A stretch of 64,000 bases of DNA from Candidatus Shapirobacteria bacterium (lineage in GTDB: Bacteria; Patescibacteriota; Microgenomatia; UBA12405). Position numbers and translations under genes: made by a program. The stretch covers positions 104,423-168,422 of the forward strand of contig JBAXAJ010000001.1 of the NCBI GenBank assembly GCA_037142555.1. Reading direction: 5' to 3'. The notes beneath the pieces are model-generated. The model saw nothing but the letters and a program-made list of their open reading frames with translations. It made no database searches and was not told the origin of the DNA. Positions 49,672-58,764 of this stretch are shown here, one piece after another (positions within the stretch are counted from its first letter, which is position 1; the number at the start of each line of letters is the position of its first letter).

Positions 49672-51601
49672 ACAAAAAATAAACTATTTTAAGAAAATAA
49701 AAGAAGGAGCTATCTTTTTAGCTGTTTTAGTAGTCTATTTTATATTCCAAATAATAAAATTTGCCTGTCCTAAAAAAAATGTTTCTGGAGTAATAAGTTG
49801 TCATTTAAAAGTAAATTCATTTTTAAATGGAAAACAAGATGACACAATTTCTAGAACTGATTTAATTGAAATTTCACTTCGTAATTTAAAGTCAAAAAAA
49901 ACCAGAACTATGGTCACAATTGGAGGAATGACTATTGGAATTGCTGCTATCGTCTTTTTAGTTTCACTTGGTTATGGTATTCAACAACTAGTCATAACTC
50001 GGGTTGCCAGACTTGAAGAAATGCGCCAAACCGACGTCACGCCTCAAACTGGTGGAAAACTTAAAATTAATGATAAAACACTCTCTGACTTCAAGGGGAT
50101 TAGTAATGTTGAACTAAGTCTACCTCTTATCTCTGTTGTTGGTCGAGTTAACTACAAAAACTCAGTTTCAGACATGGCTGTTTATGGAGTAACCACTGAT
50201 TATCTTAAACAATCAGCTGTCAAACCAATCTATGGAAAAATTTTTGAGAGTAACCAATTAGCTGCTCAAGTATCAAAAGGAGAAGTTGCTGGAGTTTCCA
50301 CTGAAAACACAGCCACAATTGGCACTGAAATTGGAAATCTAGAATTTAATATTAAACCAGGTGATTGGGTCAGAGTCAGAGAAAGTCCAGATGCAAAATC
50401 AAAATTATTAGGTTACACCCAAAGAAGCGAGGGTAAAAATCAAGGTATGGAAGTTTGGGGAGCATCTTATGTCTCAGATTCTAAAGTTGGAGAAGCCATT
50501 CAAGATCAAAATGGTAAAAATCTTGGGAAATGGATTAAAACTCCAGCTCTAATTTGGCAAAAGAAAGATAATGAATATATCCTTGACCAAGATACCGATG
50601 GGAAGCAAGTTCAGAAAACTGGCTATTTAGCCGAATCAAATGTCACTGTTGAAGCCAAAATTAAAGAATCAAATGTTCTAGGTGTTTCGACTGATGCCAA
50701 AACTTCATTAGCCACAAATTCAGCCTCAGCCTCACTTTCTCTAGTCGAAATTGCTTCAGAATCTGGGGTAGCTGTTTCTGAAAATACAAAGATAGTCGCT
50801 CTTGGTGAATCGGCTAAAAAAGAAGCAGTGATTAACAGAGCTGCCCTTAGTGTTCTAGGTATTAAAGAAAATGAAGCTGTGGGTAAAAAATTCACTACTT
50901 CCTTTGTCGTTGTTGGTGATTTATTAGAAGATCGAACCCAAAAAATTGAATCTATTCCAACTGAATACACTATTATTGGAGTAATTCCTGATGATAAAAC
51001 TCCAGTCTTTTATATTCCTTTTGTCGATCTAAAAACTTTAGGTGTTTCTAATTATTCTCAAATTAAATTAGTGGTTAATAACCAAACTAATCTAGACAAA
51101 ACTAGACGTCAGATTGAAGCCATGGGTTATGTGACTCGATCAGTTGCCGACACTGTCGCCCAAATTAATAGTCTTTTTGCTACTGCCAGAACTATTCTTG
51201 CCTTATTAGGCTTTTTAGCCCTAACAGTTGCTGCTCTAGGAATGTTTAACACCTTAACTGTTTCTCTTCTAGAAAGAACTCGAGAAGTCGGTCTTATGAA
51301 AGCTATGGGAATGAAATCATCTGAAGTCCAAGAACTATTTTTAACTGAATCAATGATTATTGGTCTATCTGGAGGAGTTCTAGGGATTGTTCTAGGTTCT
51401 CTTCTTGGGAAATTAATCGGTCTAATTCTAACCGCTTTTGCTCTTTTCAAAGGTGTTGGTCCAATCGACATTTCCTATGTCCCACCATTTTTCATCTTAA
51501 TCATAATTGGCCTTTCCTTAATTGTTGGTATAGTCACTGGAATATATCCAGCTCGACGAGCTACCAAAATTTCTGCTCTTAACGCTCTTAGATATGAATA
51601 A
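49652..51601 (+). CDS. ABC transporter permease, MacB/FtsX type with a large extracytoplasmic domain
   Basis: …SLRNLKSKKTRTMVTIGGMTIGIAAIV… first TM, a ~400-aa loop, and a C-terminal FtsX-type module …RTREVGLMKAMGMKSS…. Confidence 0.85.
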   Translation: MIKMKNKQKINYFKKIKEGAIFLAVLVVYFIFQIIKFACPKKNVSGVISCHLKVNSFLNGKQDDTISRTDLIEISLRNLKSKKTRTMVTIGGMTIGIAAIVFLVSLGYGIQQLVITRVARLEEMRQTDVTPQTGGKLKINDKTLSDFKGISNVELSLPLISVVGRVNYKNSVSDMAVYGVTTDYLKQSAVKPIYGKIFESNQLAAQVSKGEVAGVSTENTATIGTEIGNLEFNIKPGDWVRVRESPDAKSKLLGYTQRSEGKNQGMEVWGASYVSDSKVGEAIQDQNGKNLGKWIKTPALIWQKKDNEYILDQDTDGKQVQKTGYLAESNVTVEAKIKESNVLGVSTDAKTSLATNSASASLSLVEIASESGVAVSENTKIVALGESAKKEAVINRAALSVLGIKENEAVGKKFTTSFVVVGDLLEDRTQKIESIPTEYTIIGVIPDDKTPVFYIPFVDLKTLGVSNYSQIKLVVNNQTNLDKTRRQIEAMGYVTRSVADTVAQINSLFATARTILALLGFLALTVAALGMFNTLTVSLLERTREVGLMKAMGMKSSEVQELFLTESMIIGLSGGVLGIVLGSLLGKLIGLILTAFALFKGVGPIDISYVPPFFILIIIGLSLIVGIVTGIYPARRATKISALNALRYE

Positions 51602-52913
51602 TCCTAAAAAGAAATTAAATGTTTTGATAATTGATGGTGGTGGTCGCGGTTCAGTTTTAGTTGAAAAATATTCTCAAAGTAAATTCGTGAAAAACATTTT
51701 TGCTCTTCCAGGCAATGATTTAATGTCTATTAACACTAAAAAACCAGTAAAAACATATCCAGAATTTAAAAGTACTGACGTCCAAGACATAATTCAAATT
51801 TGTCTTCAAGAAAAAATAGACTTAGTTGATGTTGCTCAAGATAATGCCATTGCGGTGGCTCTAGTTGATGAATTAATTAAAAATAACATCCAAGCTATTG
51901 GCCCAACTAAAGATGCTGGACAAATAGAATGGGACAAATCTTGGTCTCGTGATTTCATGGAAAAATATAAAATTCCGTCTCCTTTCTACAAAGTTTTTAA
52001 TAATAAAGAAGAAGGTTTCAAATTTTTAGATAAAAAAAATGATCAAGCTTGGTTTATAAAAGCTTCTGGTTTAGCCGAAGGTAAAGGAGTAATCCCAGCT
52101 AATAATAATCAAGAAGCCAAAGAAGCTATCAAAAAAATGGCTAATTTTGGAAACAGTGGTGAGACCTATCTTTTAGAAGATTGGTTAATTGGTGAAGAGT
52201 TCTCTGCTTTTGCTGTTGTTGATGGTAAAAATTTCCAAATCTTAGGTTATGCTCAAGACCATAAACGAGTTAATGATTCAGACCAGGGGCCAAATACTGG
52301 CGGCATGGGTTGTGTCAGTAATCCTCTAATTGTCAGTAAAGACATTGAATCTCAAGTTGAAGTGATTTTTAAAAAAACTATTAATGGTTTAGCCAAAGAA
52401 AAAAGACCATATAAGGGGATTTTATATCTTGGTGGGATGGTAGTTGGCAAAAAAGTTTTTATCATCGAATTTAATGCTCGTTGGGGTGATCCAGAAGCTC
52501 AAGTCATAATTCCTAGCATCAAAACCGATTTTATAAAAATAAACAGAGCCATTTTGAAAGGGAGAATCAATAAATTAAAATTAATAATTGATAAAAAAGT
52601 CAGAGTGGTTGTGGCTGGAACTTCCAAAGGTTATCCATCTTCCTACGAAGAAGTAAAAGGTAAACAAATTTTTGGCCTAGAAAAAATGTCAAATTCGAAA
52701 GAAGTTAAATTATATGGAGCTGGAATCAAAGTTAAAGATAATAAATTCTTTGCTAATGGTGGTCGTGTTTTCTATTTAATGGCCCAAGGCAAAGATATTA
52801 TTGAAGCTCGAAAAAAAGTGTACAAAAATTTAGCTCTAATAGACATTGATGGTAATAACCTCCATTTCCGCACCGACATCGGCTGGCGCGACCTCGCCAG
52901 ATTAAATAAATAA
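51594..52913 (+). CDS. purD: Phosphoribosylamine--glycine ligase
   Basis: N-terminal KLNVLIIDGGGRGSVL and an ATP-grasp region; 439 aa. Confidence 0.8.
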   Translation: MNNPKKKLNVLIIDGGGRGSVLVEKYSQSKFVKNIFALPGNDLMSINTKKPVKTYPEFKSTDVQDIIQICLQEKIDLVDVAQDNAIAVALVDELIKNNIQAIGPTKDAGQIEWDKSWSRDFMEKYKIPSPFYKVFNNKEEGFKFLDKKNDQAWFIKASGLAEGKGVIPANNNQEAKEAIKKMANFGNSGETYLLEDWLIGEEFSAFAVVDGKNFQILGYAQDHKRVNDSDQGPNTGGMGCVSNPLIVSKDIESQVEVIFKKTINGLAKEKRPYKGILYLGGMVVGKKVFIIEFNARWGDPEAQVIIPSIKTDFIKINRAILKGRINKLKLIIDKKVRVVVAGTSKGYPSSYEEVKGKQIFGLEKMSNSKEVKLYGAGIKVKDNKFFANGGRVFYLMAQGKDIIEARKKVYKNLALIDIDGNNLHFRTDIGWRDLARLNK

Positions 52914-52949
52914 ACTGACATAGCCACGATTACTTGGTAAAATACACCC

Positions 52950-54020
52950 ATGAAACTATCAATCGGGATTGTCGGTCTTCCTAATGTTGGCAAATCAACT
53001 CTTTTTAATGCTCTTCTTGGTAAACAAGTTGCTGATGCCAGCAACTATCCTTTTTGCACTATCGATCCAAATGTTGGTGTAGTTGAAGTTCCTGATGATA
53101 AATTGCCAGTTCTGGCCGAAATTGTTAAAACTACCAAAATAGTTCCAGCCATTGTCGAATTTGTTGACATTGCTGGTCTAGTCAAAGGTGCTTCTCAAGG
53201 TGAAGGTCTAGGCAACAAATTTTTAACCAACATTCGCGACTGTGATGCCATCTGTCACGTAGTCCGCAATTTTTCTGATAACAACATCATTAAAGAAGGT
53301 TCTGTTGACCCACAAGGCGATTTTGAGGTCATTTGCACCGAATTAATCATCAAAGACCTCGATAGTGTTGATAAATATATAAGCACTAACAAAAATAATC
53401 CAAAAGAAAGCAAAACTAAGAAATTTATTTTTGCTCAAAAACTTAAATCAGAACTAGAACAAGGTCATTTAGCCGTCAACATTTCTCTAGATGATGAGGA
53501 AAAAGATTTAATCAAAGAATTTTTCTTATTAACTGCCAAGCCTTATTTCATAGTCGCTAATGTCGATGAAGATACCTATCAAAACATTGAAAATTGGAAA
53601 TTAAACATTACCAACTGGGAATCTGTCGTTCCGGTTTGTGCCAAAATTGAATTTGAACTTTCTGAACTAGATAAAGAAGAAAAATTAGCCTATTTAAAGG
53701 AATTAGGAGTAGAGAAGTCAGGTCTAGAAAGAGTCATTCAAAAAGCTTACGAAACTCTTGGTCTCCAATCCTACTATACCGCTGGAGTTAAAGAAGCCAG
53801 AGCCTGGACAATCTACAAAGGTGACACCGCTCCAAAAGCTGCCTCAGCAATCCACACTGATTTTGAAAAAGGTTTCATCATGGCCGAGGTTGTTTCTTAT
53901 CAAGATTTCATCGAACATAAAGGTTTATTAGGGGCCAAAGAAGCCGGCAAACTTCGACACGAAGGTCGTGATTACATCATGCGCCCTGACGATGTTGTCG
54001 AATTCAGAATCAATGCTTAA
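52950..54020 (+). CDS. ychF: Ribosome-binding ATPase YchF
   Basis: GIVGLPNVGKSTLFNAL… and DIAGLVKGAS motifs, plus a C-terminal TGS domain. Confidence 0.9.
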   Translation: MKLSIGIVGLPNVGKSTLFNALLGKQVADASNYPFCTIDPNVGVVEVPDDKLPVLAEIVKTTKIVPAIVEFVDIAGLVKGASQGEGLGNKFLTNIRDCDAICHVVRNFSDNNIIKEGSVDPQGDFEVICTELIIKDLDSVDKYISTNKNNPKESKTKKFIFAQKLKSELEQGHLAVNISLDDEEKDLIKEFFLLTAKPYFIVANVDEDTYQNIENWKLNITNWESVVPVCAKIEFELSELDKEEKLAYLKELGVEKSGLERVIQKAYETLGLQSYYTAGVKEARAWTIYKGDTAPKAASAIHTDFEKGFIMAEVVSYQDFIEHKGLLGAKEAGKLRHEGRDYIMRPDDVVEFRINA

Positions 54021-54927
54021 CAAAATTTTAATTATTTCTGGTCCAACTGCCACCGGCAAAACCGATTTAGCCGTAAAATTGGCAAAAAAATATAAAGGCG
54101 AACTAGTTTCCACCGATTCTTGTCAGATTTATAAAGGTCTTGATATTGGCACCGGCAAAGATCAACCAGATGAAACTCCAATTCATCTAGTCGACATCAT
54201 CACTCCAGACCAAAAATATTCTGTAGCTCAATTCCAAAAAGATGGACTAGAAGCCATCAAAAAGCTTCAATCCCAAAACAAATTACCAGTTTTAGTCGGT
54301 TGCAGTGGCTTTTATCTTGATTCTTTAATCAATCCAAACTATGACACTTTTTCAATTAAACCAAACAAATTTTTAAGATTTATTTTAAAAAGATTATCAG
54401 TCAAAAATCTCCAAACTATCTATAAACTTTTAGATCCAACTAATTTTTCTAAATTAAATAACTCTGACATCAACAACCACTACCGCCTCGGTCGCAAAAT
54501 CGAAATAAAATTAAGTTTTAAGTCTCCCTTGTCAAAGGGAGATTTAGAGGGATTGAACCAAAATATTCTCCACATTTCTCTCACTGCCCCTCTCGATTTT
54601 CTCTATGACCGCATTGATAAACGAGTTCAAAAAAGAATAGACATTGGTTTTTTTGATGAAATTAAAAATTTATTAAAAAGATATAAATGGTCAGATCCAG
54701 GCATGCAAATTGGCGCCTATCAATGTCTAAAACCTTATTTTAATAAAAAAGAAAATTTAGAAGATTGTCTAAAACTTTGGCAATATGCCGAACACAGTGA
54801 TGCCAGACGCCAAAGCACTTATTTCAAATCCAGATATCAAAATAAAGCCTATTTTTTCGACATTACTTCAAAAAATTTCAATACAAAAATTTCTAGTTTA
54901 GTGTCAAAATGGTACAATAAAGCATGA
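54013..54927 (+). CDS. miaA: tRNA dimethylallyltransferase
   Basis: ILIISGPTATGKTDLAVKLA… P-loop and ..STDSCQIYKGLDIGTGK. ATG 54013 overlaps the ychF stop. Confidence 0.8.
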   Translation: MLNKILIISGPTATGKTDLAVKLAKKYKGELVSTDSCQIYKGLDIGTGKDQPDETPIHLVDIITPDQKYSVAQFQKDGLEAIKKLQSQNKLPVLVGCSGFYLDSLINPNYDTFSIKPNKFLRFILKRLSVKNLQTIYKLLDPTNFSKLNNSDINNHYRLGRKIEIKLSFKSPLSKGDLEGLNQNILHISLTAPLDFLYDRIDKRVQKRIDIGFFDEIKNLLKRYKWSDPGMQIGAYQCLKPYFNKKENLEDCLKLWQYAEHSDARRQSTYFKSRYQNKAYFFDITSKNFNTKISSLVSKWYNKA

Positions 54928-55895
54928 AAACAAATAAAATTGAAATTTCTCAAAAAACCATCATTTTCACTATTTTATTTCTAATTGCTCTTGGCCTACT
55001 TTGGTTAATCAAAGATGTAATTGTCTTGTTTTTTGTTTGTTTTATTTTAATGCAAGCCATAAATCCAGCTGTTGTCCGTTTAGAAAAATTTAAAGTTCCT
55101 AGAATTTTAGGTATAGTCTTAATCTATTTATTAATTTTAATCGCAATTGTTCTTTCTTTTGCTGGAATAATTCCAATTCTAATTGAACAAACAACTGGTC
55201 TAGCTAAAACCCTACCAGATTTAATCAAAAATGCCTCTTTCTTTGGGATTTCCACTGCTGATTTATCTTCACAATTTAAAATTCTAGAAAGTCTTCCAGG
55301 TGGAATTGCCAACACCGCTTTCGCCATTTTATCTAACTTATTTTCTGCCATAGTTATTTTAATGGTCACTTTCTATCTACTCCTAGAAAGAAAAAATATG
55401 GGTGATTATAGTATTAAATATTTTGGTCAAAACACCGGTTCTAAAATCAAAAAAATTATTGATCAACTAGAAATTAGACTAGGTAGCTGGGTCAGTGCTG
55501 AAGTGTTGTTAATGATTATTATCGGGATTCTTTCATTCATTGGGTATTCACTTCTTGGTTTAAAATATGCCGTAGCCTTAGCATTAATTGCTGGGATACT
55601 AGAAATAGTCCCTAATATTGGTCCAATTATCTCAGTGATTTTAGCTTCAATAATTGGTTTCACAGTTTCACCAACCATTGGTCTTTTAACAATTCTAGTT
55701 GGAACTATTGTCCAACAATTAGAGAACAATTTGATTGTCCCAAAAATAATGAAAGAAACTTGTAACATCAGTCCTGTAATAACAATCTTATTACTTATGG
55801 TTGGGGCTAAACTAGGGGGAGTTGTTGGTGCTATTATAGCCGTCCCAATATACATGACAGCTGAAGTCATTTTTAAGACATTAAAAAAACCCTAA
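54924..55895 (+). CDS. AI-2E family (UPF0118/PerM-like) transporter
   Basis: About 8 TM helices; conserved C-terminal …GAIIAVPI… region. Confidence 0.6.
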   Translation: MKTNKIEISQKTIIFTILFLIALGLLWLIKDVIVLFFVCFILMQAINPAVVRLEKFKVPRILGIVLIYLLILIAIVLSFAGIIPILIEQTTGLAKTLPDLIKNASFFGISTADLSSQFKILESLPGGIANTAFAILSNLFSAIVILMVTFYLLLERKNMGDYSIKYFGQNTGSKIKKIIDQLEIRLGSWVSAEVLLMIIIGILSFIGYSLLGLKYAVALALIAGILEIVPNIGPIISVILASIIGFTVSPTIGLLTILVGTIVQQLENNLIVPKIMKETCNISPVITILLLMVGAKLGGVVGAIIAVPIYMTAEVIFKTLKKP

Positions 55896-55896
55896 A

Positions 55897-56168
55897 GAAA
55901 CTGATAAGCTGGATTTTGTTTAAGGATCATCTATCTATTCTCTCTACCTGAGGCTCTCAAAAGCTAGATATTAACGCCTCATCTTGAGATTTCCACCAGA
56001 AGGATGCTCGTTTCACTTCAGCCGCCGTAGCCTTCTTGCGAAGGTGGCTAGCTTGCTCGTCTCTGTAGCATTGCCCAAAGCTCACGCCCTGGCCCCTAAG
56101 GACTTCTGTGCTTTTTGTGGTCCAGACTTTCCTCCCCGAAAAATCGGGGTAGACCCTTCAACTTCTTT
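55897..56168 (-). ncRNA. rnpB: RNase P RNA (bacterial type A, reduced to ~270 nt)
   Basis: The minus-strand transcript contains GGAGGAAAGUCUGGAC (P4 5' strand), …ACAGAGACGAGCAAGC…, …GAAGUGAAACGAGC…, …CAAGAUGAGGCG…, and ACAAAAUCCAGCUUAUCAG (P4 3' strand, matching E. coli ACAGAACCCGGCUUAUCGG). The 5' AAAGAAGUUGA pairs with the 3' UCAGUUUCUUU to form P1. GC content is locally elevated. Confidence 0.8.
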
Positions 56169-56187
56169 AAGGTTGATGTATTTTACC

Positions 56188-56216
56188 AAAAAAAACCCCC
56201 CGAAGCTTCGGGAGGT
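56188..56216 (-). terminator. Rho-independent terminator (minus strand) for the small gene 56245-56418
   Basis: cctcccgaag/cttcggggg palindrome followed by T8 on the minus strand. Confidence 0.6.
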
Positions 56217-56244
56217 TAAAAACAAATTTTGTTTTTAATATCAC

Positions 56245-56418
56245 CTATAGCAAAGCTGCATCAGCTGCTGAAAGGATTTTGAACATTTTTGTTCCAGTTT
56301 CTGGATCAATAGTCTCAGCTGCTGGTCGTCCGTTCTTAAGAGTAACTTTCTTGACCTTAGTTACATCGATTTCAACAGTCTTTCTTGATTTTACGTTGTA
56401 AAATTTAATGGTTGTCAT
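56245..56418 (-). CDS. Small basic protein (57 aa), possibly DNA-binding with an SH3-like fold
   Basis: GGGGGTG Shine-Dalgarno 8 nt before the ATG. MTTIKFYNVKSRKTVEIDVTKVKKVTLKNGRPAAETIDPETGTKMFKILSAADAALL. A terminator lies downstream. Confidence 0.6.
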   Translation of the reverse strand: MTTIKFYNVKSRKTVEIDVTKVKKVTLKNGRPAAETIDPETGTKMFKILSAADAALL

Positions 56419-56614
56419 GAAAAATTCACCCCCTTAAAAAAAATTAATAATTTTTAACATTAATATAGAGTTTGAAAATAATATATAACCACAATCACTA
56501 AAACGGCAACGATACTTAAAATTAAGCTTTTAATTAAATCTTTTTTAATAAAATTTACTTCTTTCATTTTTATATGGCCAGTATAGCATAGACTTTTGTT
56601 ACAATAATTTAACG

Positions 56615-56965
56615 ATGAATTTTTTAATCTATCTTTTAATTATTTGTAACTTAATTTGGGTTGCTTATCTAACCTACCTAGTTTATAGAAGAAATAACAA
56701 CAAAAATAAACCAGCAACTTTAGGCACAAAAGAGAACAATCTAAAGCTAACTGTAACACGCTTCAATCCATTTGAGGATGTTGGAGGCGATCAGAGCTTC
56801 ATTTTATGCATCTTGGACACTAACAATTCTGGTGCTATTATTACTTCATTACATAGTCGTGATTTCACTAGGGTTTATGCAAAACCTATCAAAAGTGGAC
56901 AAGGTGACAATATCACTTTATCTAAAGAAGAAAAATCAGCGATATTAAAAACTATTAAAAATTAA
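56615..56965 (+). CDS. Hypothetical protein with an N-terminal TM anchor (116 aa)
   Basis: ORF plus a hydrophobic N-terminus. Confidence 0.45.
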   Translation: MNFLIYLLIICNLIWVAYLTYLVYRRNNNKNKPATLGTKENNLKLTVTRFNPFEDVGGDQSFILCILDTNNSGAIITSLHSRDFTRVYAKPIKSGQGDNITLSKEEKSAILKTIKN

Positions 56966-56972
56966 AAAACAA

Positions 56973-58202
56973 ATGAATAATAAAACTACAAAAATTTTTG
57001 TTTACTCAGGCTTATTTTTATTATTTTCTGGAATTTCATATTTCCTTTTTAATGCTCTAATCCCAGTCTCAATCAGTTCAATCTCTCCAAAGTCCAAAAG
57101 TTCTAAAGTCCAAACTAGTGAAACTGGTGTTTTAAGCTTTTCAGGTAAAAAAACTGAACTTTGTCCTATTAATGGCCAACTTTACACTAAAGAAGAAAAA
57201 GAAATTTGGTCTCAAAGAAGACCTCTAATGGTTATGATCGAAAACCATGAAGATGCCAGGCCTCAATCTGGTCTTCAATCAGCAGACATTGTTTATGAAG
57301 CTGTTGCCGAAGGCGGAATAACTCGTTTTATGGGAGTTTTCTATTGTGGAATTGTTGCTGGCTTTGAAAACAAATATGATGTCGGTCCAGTTCGTTCAGC
57401 CAGAACTTACTTTCTAGATCTTGCTTCTGAATATTCTGATTATCCTCTTTATAATCATGTCGGTGGTGCTAATTGTAGTGCAGCAGATTCAAAAAGTCCT
57501 TGTACTACCAATAAAAAAGCTCAAGCTATAGAACAAATTGCTGATTATGGTTGGAATAGTCAAGGAACTTGGGGTGATTTAAGTCAATTTGCACTATCAT
57601 ATAAAGCTTGTCGTCGTGAACCAGATCGAACTGATGGTGAAAAAGCTACAGAACACACTATGTATTGTTCAACTAAAGAACTCTACAACATTGCTGCCAA
57701 CAGAGGTTTAACCAACATGACTGTTGCTAAAAAGAATACTTGGGATAAAGCTTATAAAGCTTGGACTTTCACTCAAAAAGATCAAGCTTCAACCTCTGCT
57801 CCAACTGTTTCTCTAGACTTTTGGTCTGGATATAAACAATATTCAGTTTCTTGGAAATATGATTCAGTTGCAAATGTTTATGCCCGAAGCAATGGTGGCA
57901 AAGAACATATTGATTTCAACACTAAAAAAGTCATCACTGCTAAAAATATTGTAATTCAATACACAAAAGAAACCAGATCAGTTGATGAACATGCTCACAA
58001 TCTCTACGATGTAATCGGCAGTGGCAATGGTGCTCTCCTTCAAAACGGCAAAAAAAGTGACATCACTTGGTCAAAATCTACCAGAACTTCCAGAACTATA
58101 TTCAAGGATGCTAGTGGTAAGGAAGTCAATTTCGTTCCAGGAAACATCTGGGTTGAAATTTTACCTATAGGTTCAAAAGTTGATTATGAAGGCACAATCT
58201 AG
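56973..58202 (+). CDS. DUF3048-family (YerB-like) secreted/lipoprotein-like protein
   Basis: N-terminal signal/TM. RPLMVMIENHEDARPQSGLQSADIVYEAVAEGGITRFMGVFY matches the DUF3048 N-domain signature. Confidence 0.6.
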   Translation: MNNKTTKIFVYSGLFLLFSGISYFLFNALIPVSISSISPKSKSSKVQTSETGVLSFSGKKTELCPINGQLYTKEEKEIWSQRRPLMVMIENHEDARPQSGLQSADIVYEAVAEGGITRFMGVFYCGIVAGFENKYDVGPVRSARTYFLDLASEYSDYPLYNHVGGANCSAADSKSPCTTNKKAQAIEQIADYGWNSQGTWGDLSQFALSYKACRREPDRTDGEKATEHTMYCSTKELYNIAANRGLTNMTVAKKNTWDKAYKAWTFTQKDQASTSAPTVSLDFWSGYKQYSVSWKYDSVANVYARSNGGKEHIDFNTKKVITAKNIVIQYTKETRSVDEHAHNLYDVIGSGNGALLQNGKKSDITWSKSTRTSRTIFKDASGKEVNFVPGNIWVEILPIGSKVDYEGTI

Positions 58203-58764
58203 TCTAAAACATCTCTTTGTTTCTCAAACTAGACTGAAATTAATAAATACTCTCTTTTATTTACCAAAAGAAATCTATTATGTTCGTCAACTAGTCAGAC
58301 TTCTAGATGAAGAAATCAATTCAGTCAGACGTGAACTTGATAATCTTAAAAAGGCTGACATTGTTGAATCAGAATGGCGAGGTAACAGACTCTATTATTG
58401 GGCTAATCAAAAAAACCAACTCTTTCACGAGCTTCTAGCCTTAGCTAATAAAACTAGTGGATTGGGAGTTAAACTCCAAGACAAAAACAACGATATAGGC
58501 AAAATTAAGCTATTAATTTACAGTTATAAATTCATAACTTGTGAAAAGAAAAACCCTGATGACATTGATTTAATCATTGTCGGCAATGTTTCCTATAAAG
58601 AAGTAGAAAATAATATAAAACAAGAAGAAGAAATTCGTGGTCATGAAATAAATTACATGATAATGGATAAGAACGAATTCCAAATGCGTAAGCAAAAACG
58701 CGATCAATTTATTGTTGACTTCTTTCTCGACTGTCCTGTTGTTATAATAGGTAGTAATGAGTAA
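58186..58764 (+). CDS. Winged-HTH protein with a C-terminal nucleotidyltransferase-like (…DIDLIIVG…) region
   Basis: ArsR-like wHTH (LVRLLDEEINSVRRELDNLKKADIVES). The start could be TTG 58180. Confidence 0.45.
   Translation: MKAQSSLKHLFVSQTRLKLINTLFYLPKEIYYVRQLVRLLDEEINSVRRELDNLKKADIVESEWRGNRLYYWANQKNQLFHELLALANKTSGLGVKLQDKNNDIGKIKLLIYSYKFITCEKKNPDDIDLIIVGNVSYKEVENNIKQEEEIRGHEINYMIMDKNEFQMRKQKRDQFIVDFFLDCPVVIIGSNE

Noticed and set aside
51594-52913. purD as an isolated purine-biosynthesis gene
   Set aside because: pur genes are often scattered, so absence of neighbouring pur genes in 64 kb is not informative without the full genome.
1780-54017. Upstream-extended starts in the ORF track for rpoC (1780), rpsD (29751), rpsI (32252), miaA (53968) and rny (42249)
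   Set aside because: Each extension overlaps the preceding conserved gene. Each also lacks a Shine-Dalgarno, except the rny extension. A downstream ATG with conserved N-terminal homology (and usually a Shine-Dalgarno) is the better start.
55984-56238. 84-aa plus-strand ORF in the ORF track
   Set aside because: It lies antisense to the RNase P RNA; the high local GC creates a spurious open frame, and it has no Shine-Dalgarno.
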